The notes under the pieces: generated by a model
Seen by the model: only the letters and a program-made list of their open reading frames with translations
Database searches by the model: none
Told to the model about the DNA's origin: nothing
Source of the DNA: a virus
Lineage: Duplodnaviria; Caudoviricetes
Reading direction: 5' to 3' (one strand)
DNA: 52,473 nucleotides
IMG/VR virus record: IMGVR_UViG_3300009597_000016
Coordinates: 1 to 52,473 of that record
Position numbers and translations under genes: made by a program
In this document: piece by piece, positions 47,301-52,473 of the stretch
How the letters are laid out: every line of letters starts with the position of its first letter
How positions within the stretch are numbered: the first letter of the stretch is position 1

Positions 47301-47747
47301 ATGAAAACATATCTATTAATTAAAGACGGTAAATTACTTTGTGCCTTTGTACCTGACGAACCAAAGTTTGATAAGGGTATAGTGCAATCTATTACATATC
47401 AAAAGAAACAACGGGAACAAGCTAAGGTCGAAGCTATAGCCAACGCGTTGCCGGTTATCAATCCACAAGTGTTCGTTGACTTCTATAGCAGAGGTTTAGG
47501 AACATTCAAACAAAATGAATTGATTGCTTGGGACGGTGGCGCAGAAGTGGAAGAATATTTAGGTGGTGACCCGTTAGAATACACCAGCTATCCGCCGTAC
47601 AAAAAAGTTGTTCGCTTGTCCCTGGAAGAAAACCAAGAGCAGCTATGGGATGAAGTAGCTAGTATAATGGATTTACCTTGGGAAGGATTAACCAGAACAA
47701 AAGCAATAGATGATGTAATGAAAGAATTCACCTTAACCCGCAAGTGA
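47301..47747 (+). CDS. Hypothetical protein
   Basis: 148 aa ending ENQEQLWDEV...EFTLTRK. Confidence 0.6.
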   Translation: MKTYLLIKDGKLLCAFVPDEPKFDKGIVQSITYQKKQREQAKVEAIANALPVINPQVFVDFYSRGLGTFKQNELIAWDGGAEVEEYLGGDPLEYTSYPPYKKVVRLSLEENQEQLWDEVASIMDLPWEGLTRTKAIDDVMKEFTLTRK

Positions 47748-47750
47748 GCC

Positions 47751-47930
47751 ATGAAAAGAAGCCTGTTATATGTTTTAGCGTACGAGCTATTTATTTACTT
47801 TTTGTTTGCTGTATGCTTCGGTATAAATCCGATGAGTTGGGTAGACTCTATCAGAATAATCTTTATTTTGTTGGAAACAGTAGTTCTCATTCTTCTTATA
47901 GCCTACACTCTTTCAGATGACTACTTCTGA
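47751..47930 (+). CDS. Small membrane protein (59 aa)
   Basis: Manually translated; two hydrophobic segments. Confidence 0.5.
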   Translation: MKRSLLYVLAYELFIYFLFAVCFGINPMSWVDSIRIIFILLETVVLILLIAYTLSDDYF

Positions 47931-47977
47931 GTTTCATGTACTTTTGTGCCTTATCAAAAAATAACTATATTGTAAGC

Positions 47978-48079
47978 GCTGTCCAATTATGAAGAACTTA
48001 AAAACATCCCCACATTATACTTGCCTTTGACCGTCAGGTCCATTGGACAGCCTTGTATTTTGTGGGGGATTTTTTATTT
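47978..48079 (+). promoter_or_regulatory. Structured leader/attenuator of the replication genes
   Basis: GCTGTCCAAT/ATTGGACAGC and ATCCCCACA/TGTGGGGGAT pairings, with a U-tract before ATG 48080. Confidence 0.5.
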
Positions 48080-48625
48080 ATGTTCCATGTATACTATCCT
48101 GGTGAGGGAAAGAATGGTTACTACTTACGCTACGATGGCGAAGCAACACTAGAGGACATCATTGATTCCATATGCAATGATCCTGTCAAACCAAAGACAG
48201 AATGTCCCGGTATAATACTCAATAGATTCAAACCGTATGAATCAAGAAACGGTCCAACTATCCGTAATCGTTATGCAGATCTTGAATACACCACAGGATA
48301 CTTCGCTCTTGATGTAGACAATATCGGACCGATGACTAATCTTATACGTAAGATCCTTTTCGGCCTACCCGAGGTTATCGTATCTTGGATATCCTCCTCT
48401 GGAAACGGAGTAAAGGCCATTGGATATAGTCCAAAATTAATCAACCAAACACCGCGCATGTTCAGTATGAAATACAGAATCCTGTGCGGCGAACTTCGAA
48501 TGAAATCAGGGATGCGTATCAATTTCGATCAGGCGATGGGTCGATGCCACCAACCTGTATTTATTAATTCTGATCCTAACGCACTGTATAAAACTAAAAA
48601 ACAAATTTATGACACATTACACTGA
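48080..48625 (+). CDS. BT4734/VirE-N-terminal-like primase domain protein
   Basis: YTTGYFALDVDN, WISSSGNGVKA and D...F-NSDP motifs. Confidence 0.7.
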   Translation: MFHVYYPGEGKNGYYLRYDGEATLEDIIDSICNDPVKPKTECPGIILNRFKPYESRNGPTIRNRYADLEYTTGYFALDVDNIGPMTNLIRKILFGLPEVIVSWISSSGNGVKAIGYSPKLINQTPRMFSMKYRILCGELRMKSGMRINFDQAMGRCHQPVFINSDPNALYKTKKQIYDTLH

Positions 48626-48806
48626 CACCGCAGAAATCCTGATGAAGGAATACCCAACATTAACTCCTTATGAAGCATTAAGAATCGCTCTTGAAGAAGA
48701 GCGCAACATCATACTTGAGGAAGCTCTGGGTACACGCAATGGACAGATGTCTCCGGTATACCTTGAAGCTATAGGTATGGCACTTGGATTTAAACCACAA
48801 CATTAA
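48609..48806 (+). CDS. Hypothetical protein
   Basis: 65 aa ending PVYLEAIGMALG. Confidence 0.55.
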   Translation: MTHYTDTAEILMKEYPTLTPYEALRIALEEERNIILEEALGTRNGQMSPVYLEAIGMALGFKPQH

Positions 48807-50302
48807 TGAAAGCACACAATATAAACCCACCTAAGAAACACTCCGGTAATCACACCCACATCTTAAACTTCGTTAAGCGATGTATTGAGATGGGAGATGA
48901 TGACTACGAGAAAGCTGCGTGGCGTATCCATGATGGAGAATGGATGTCACCTGATTCCAACACTGGAGGAGACTTCAACAAACTTAAGAAAGACTGTAAA
49001 ACCTGCTGGAAGAAAGCCTTATCAGAACTGGAGGCTGGATCCGCTCCACCCACCAAGAAGCTCAGAAACTTCGAGAAGCTTCGTACGGCTAAAGACTGGG
49101 TAGATCTCAGGGTAGTATACGATACATTTCTCGGGCAATATTTATGTGAGGGTATCCCAACTAATCCGGCCGCTGAATATGATCTCTACAACTCCCAGGC
49201 CGATGAAAATTCATTCATTGAGAAGCCCCACTTCATTAATGCATTTGAAGTAGACCGTATGCCAAGAGTGTCCGCTATTAAAACATGGGCAGAGAACTTA
49301 CCTAAGCGGTCAGGTACTAAAGAAATCGACAAGTTATGCTCTTTCATCCCAGCCATTGATCCTCTACAAGCAAACATGTTTATGAAGGGGTGGCTGATTC
49401 GCGCCTACATTCAAGCAGTGAATCCGACTGGGCTGGATGGTAATTCTATTGTCAATCGCTGGATGCTTATCCTACATCAGCAGAAACAGGACTCCGGCAA
49501 GAGTGGATTCTTCCGCTGGTTATCTCCCTATCCAGCTTGGGTCAAGGAGAATGGGCTGGAAGATAACAAAGATGGATATATCGCACTGGGCAGATATTTA
49601 TTCGTGCTTGATGATGAACTTGGGGGACTCACCAGGGTAACACAACACGAACGTATCAAAGCGATGATTAGTACATCTAAGGTAGACGTTCGCCCCCCCT
49701 ATGCAAGAGTCGATGTCAAACTAGATCGTACTGCTTCCTTCTGTGGATCCACTAACAACACTGATGTTTTTCCTTCAGCAGAGGGAACCACCAGGTTCTT
49801 ATTACTTCCTCTCAAGGAGGATGTATTCAAGTGGGAAGAATACACCAAGCAAGTAGACCGTACCAAGCTGTGGGCTGAAGTCAAGGCTCTTGTGGCCACC
49901 GATTGGCTTAAGATCAACACACCAGCCATCATCGAGTATCGTACTGCTACTAACATTGGCTATGCGCGTGATGATCAGGAATCGTATGTGGTGGAACGTT
50001 TCATCCGGGCCTCAGAGGTTGATGACGGCAAAGTCTTACGTGCCGGCGACATCATGCGTGAGATGTGTGACACGGAATATGGATACGCTAATCTTAATAT
50101 TGTGAGGCTTGGTCAAGCACTTAGAAAGATATTTGGAGAACGGGTTTTCGGGCACAGTCCAGATGGCAAGGAATGTAGGGGTTATAAGGTGACTATTATC
50201 CCTGCCAATCCTGCCCCTACTGTCAGTAAAAAAGACGTTTCAGTGGCAGAAATAAAAAACAAAAGTTTTAAGGCCAAACGAAAAAAGCTCTCGCAACGGT
50301 AG
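48806..50302 (+). CDS. VirE/VapE-like P-loop helicase
   Basis: QKQDSGKS, VLDDEL, VRPPYAR, SFCGSTN, GTTRFL and KLWAE. Confidence 0.85.
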   Translation: MKAHNINPPKKHSGNHTHILNFVKRCIEMGDDDYEKAAWRIHDGEWMSPDSNTGGDFNKLKKDCKTCWKKALSELEAGSAPPTKKLRNFEKLRTAKDWVDLRVVYDTFLGQYLCEGIPTNPAAEYDLYNSQADENSFIEKPHFINAFEVDRMPRVSAIKTWAENLPKRSGTKEIDKLCSFIPAIDPLQANMFMKGWLIRAYIQAVNPTGLDGNSIVNRWMLILHQQKQDSGKSGFFRWLSPYPAWVKENGLEDNKDGYIALGRYLFVLDDELGGLTRVTQHERIKAMISTSKVDVRPPYARVDVKLDRTASFCGSTNNTDVFPSAEGTTRFLLLPLKEDVFKWEEYTKQVDRTKLWAEVKALVATDWLKINTPAIIEYRTATNIGYARDDQESYVVERFIRASEVDDGKVLRAGDIMREMCDTEYGYANLNIVRLGQALRKIFGERVFGHSPDGKECRGYKVTIIPANPAPTVSKKDVSVAEIKNKSFKAKRKKLSQR

Positions 50303-50461
50303 GCTATGTGTGGCAGGGTGACAGTAAAAACATGCGTTTTTAGCCCCTCCCGCTGCACCTGCCAGCCTGCCAGTGATTTATTAACATTATAAGTATATTT
50401 TATTAGTAGGGGTAGGGGAGGAGCGTACGAGATGTTGGAATATGTGTGGCAGGGTGGCAGT
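50200..50461. repeat. Probable replication origin (iteron-like repeats)
   Basis: TATGTGTGGCAGGGTG(A/G)CAGT at 50305-50325 and 50441-50461; inverted CCTGCCA pairs near 50201 and 50358; AT-rich core. Confidence 0.6.
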
Positions 50462-50518
50462 GGGAGTAGTCTGCGCCTGGGGCCGTAAGGCCGTTATAGG
50501 ACGAAATCAACCAAGAAA

Positions 50519-50728
50519 ATGAATATGAATTATCCACCATTAATCGTCGCCGGAATATGGCGATACAAACAACTGAGCGGAGAGGTGTATACCCGCTACA
50601 ATGAACACACCAAGAAGCTGGATGGACTATCCCGCTATGTAGGGAATGGAGATTTTGAGAAGTGCGGACTGGATAAACTATTACAAGCCGTCAATGAAAG
50701 CAAAAGGAACAAAGGATGCTGTCTCTGA
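50519..50728 (+). CDS. Hypothetical protein
   Basis: 69-aa ORF. Confidence 0.45.
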   Translation: MNMNYPPLIVAGIWRYKQLSGEVYTRYNEHTKKLDGLSRYVGNGDFEKCGLDKLLQAVNESKRNKGCCL

Positions 50729-50972
50729 TAAGCGTTACATCCCCATTGATGAGGATCTCTATCCCGAGACAGCTGAGGACAATGGAGTGATCTTCTATCG
50801 GTTCTGGTGTAGACCACACTTTATCGTTTATGAGAAGGCCAAGAACGGGGTCAGGTTGGGTTATCTTATAATGCCCATGGAGAAGGAGCTTTATCCGTTC
50901 GATGCAATGGTGAGCTTCTGTGAAGGTTTGCGAGGGGGTCAGGAAATCTGCAAAGTCATTTCTGAGAAATAA
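50646..50972 (+). CDS. Hypothetical protein
   Basis: Start may be MKAKG at about 50694. Confidence 0.45.
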   Translation: MEILRSADWINYYKPSMKAKGTKDAVSDKRYIPIDEDLYPETAEDNGVIFYRFWCRPHFIVYEKAKNGVRLGYLIMPMEKELYPFDAMVSFCEGLRGGQEICKVISEK

Positions 50973-51220
50973 AAATTTTGGACATGCGATTTCGCTGGGG
51001 ATAATTGTGTGTACAAATGTTCAGATTTTCGAGAAAGCTGAACAACGAATCCAGCAGTGTTCAAAATCCTATCCTATTTCAGAAAGTGATTTTTGAAAAG
51101 TCATTTCTGAGAAAAAAAAATTTTGGACATGCGTTTTTCCCTGGAATTTTTGCCTGGGTAAAACCTGGAAATTTCTGTCCGAAAAAAATCGGATCCAGCA
51201 GAATTCTGAAAATCCTATTT
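50952..51220. repeat. Imperfect tandem duplication (period about 145 bp) rich in A/T tracts
   Basis: AAAGTCATTTCTGAGAAA, AAAATTTTGGACATGCG and ATCCAGCAG...AAAATCCTAT each occur twice. Confidence 0.7.
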
Positions 51221-51412
51221 TTTATTTTTTTTCTGGTCCGTTGCTTCGCGCGCGAGAAAAAAAATTTTCCAGAATTTGAAAACTAAGGATTTAGTTCTCA
51301 AATCGGGAAAATGTCCTGGTTTGGGATTTTTTCCAGGGATGGGAAAATTGCCTGGGTTTCGTGTTGCTCCGATTATCATTAAAAAAATATTTAAAAGATT
51401 TCTATGATATCT

Positions 51413-51443
51413 ATTGTATATATAAAATATATGTATACCTTTG
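51413..51443 (+). promoter_or_regulatory. Bacteroidota primary-sigma promoter of the early block
   Basis: ATTG, 19-nt spacer, TACCTTTG (exact TAnnTTTG). Confidence 0.7.
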
Positions 51444-51447
51444 ATCT

Positions 51448-51555
51448 ATGATAACAGCAAAAAAACTTTTCATCGCCTTCCTAGTCTTAATGACTGGAAT
51501 CATTTCAGCGCTTATTTTCTTAATGTTTAATACACAACTAATTCTAAACTTTTAA
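51448..51555 (+). CDS. 35-aa hydrophobic peptide, probably leaderless
   Basis: MITAKKLFIAFLVLMTGIISALIFLMFNTQLILNF. Confidence 0.45.
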   Translation: MITAKKLFIAFLVLMTGIISALIFLMFNTQLILNF

Positions 51556-51566
51556 ATTTTACTACT

Positions 51567-51707
51567 ATGAGAAACACAACAAAAACAGCAACCGAAAAGC
51601 AAGTATCTTTCATCGTTAACGTTGCGACCGTTTTAATGACGGCCGGTCTTATCGCATATGCTTATAAGGCTAGCGTAATTTTTTTCGCTAACACTTTAAT
51701 TCCTTAA
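51567..51707 (+). CDS. 46-aa single-TM peptide
   Basis: MRNTTKTATEKQVSFIVNVATVLMTAGLIAYAY... Confidence 0.5.
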   Translation: MRNTTKTATEKQVSFIVNVATVLMTAGLIAYAYKASVIFFANTLIP

Positions 51708-51808
51708 GCTATGCAAACTCAGATCAACTACATTCCAGAAAGGAAAGTTATATACTTTCTTTGCTGCAAATATTACCTAACATCGTTTCAAAACTAAATT
51801 TTACTTAT

Positions 51809-52207
51809 ATGAAAAATTATCAAAAAGAAGCTACCGATTTTTTAACAAGTCATAGCATTAATTTCGAAGCTCGTTTGTTTGCGCACACTAAATATTTTCC
51901 TGATGACAAGGAAAAAAGGGATGTGTATACTTGTCTTTTTGAGCGCGAAGGAAAGTATTTTGAAATAAGGTTCGGTCAATCTATTGTTAATTCCTTGCCA
52001 AATAGAAAAGCGCCAACGTCTTATGATGTGTTAGTGTGTTTGCAAAAATATGACGTTGGAACGTTTGAAGATTTTTGTTCTGAGTTTGGTTATGATAATG
52101 ACAGTAGAAAAGCTTTTACCACTTATGGCAAAGTTTGTGAGGAGTGGGAAAAAGTTAATGCGTTTTTTTCGTCTGAGGAAATAGAAGAATTACAAAACAT
52201 TCAATAA
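51809..52207 (+). CDS. Conserved phage early protein
   Basis: FGQS...PTSYDVLVCLQKYDVGTFEDFCSEFGYDNDSRKA. Confidence 0.7.
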   Translation: MKNYQKEATDFLTSHSINFEARLFAHTKYFPDDKEKRDVYTCLFEREGKYFEIRFGQSIVNSLPNRKAPTSYDVLVCLQKYDVGTFEDFCSEFGYDNDSRKAFTTYGKVCEEWEKVNAFFSSEEIEELQNIQ

Positions 52208-52208
52208 C

Positions 52209-52473
52209 ATGAAAACAACAACGTACAAAGGACACGATTTAGGAAGGGATTTTAAGTCGTATGCGAGAAAATGTAGAAAAGCTTTTCAAATAGCTTTTAA
52301 TGATTTAGGAGGAGAGTTAACGGATTTTTCAATAGGTTTTTATTACTTCTCAGGGTTCGGTATTGTTAACGGTCAATATTATTATTTTTCAATATCTGAC
52401 GTTAGACATTTTCCCGATAGTAAAATACTATTCAGGACTGCAAAAAGTAATAAAGACTATTCAGGAGGGACAA
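52209..52473 (+). CDS. Phage early protein, 3'-truncated
   Basis: MKTTTYKG...GFYYFSGF...YFSISDVRHF...FRTAKSNKDYSGGT runs off the window end. Confidence 0.65.
   Translation, partial: MKTTTYKGHDLGRDFKSYARKCRKAFQIAFNDLGGELTDFSIGFYYFSGFGIVNGQYYYFSISDVRHFPDSKILFRTAKSNKDYSGGT

Noticed and set aside
51005-51286. 93-aa ORF
   Set aside because: Its Phe/Lys-rich translation is a by-product of A/T tracts in a repeat region.
1-52473. Exact circular closure, prophage status, alternative genetic code, and the many short antisense ORFs
   Set aside because: The two ends break different ORFs with no overlap. No integrase or host genes are seen. Long genes read intact in the standard code. Nested antisense ORFs are shadows of real genes.

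Overview
Near-complete genome of a tailed dsDNA phage, probably a siphovirus of a Bacteroidota host (TTTG...TAnnTTTG-type promoters, AT-rich leaders). No integrase is recognisable. Both window ends cut ORFs in the same AT-rich early-gene block, so the contig looks circularly permuted with a gap. Plus-strand order: early genes, terminase small and large subunits, a block of about 8 glycosyl-/methyltransferases, a tail chaperone with a -1 frameshift, tape measure and tail genes, portal/scaffold/capsid, neck and fibre/spike genes, then membrane/lysis-type genes. A minus-strand arm follows (Ro60 locus, nucleases, SSB-like protein, DNA methylase), then family A DNA polymerase, a primase-like gene, a VirE-like helicase and a probable origin. 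The standout locus is 35285-37156 (-). A small RHH gene precedes a tandem array of three Y-RNA-like RNAs with a shared scaffold; one is a circularly permuted tRNA mimic that keeps a His(GUG) anticodon arm. The array is followed by a terminator whose 5' arm is complementary to those RNAs, then a Ro60/TROVE gene. All product calls come from reading motifs by eye; no database searches or folding programs were run.
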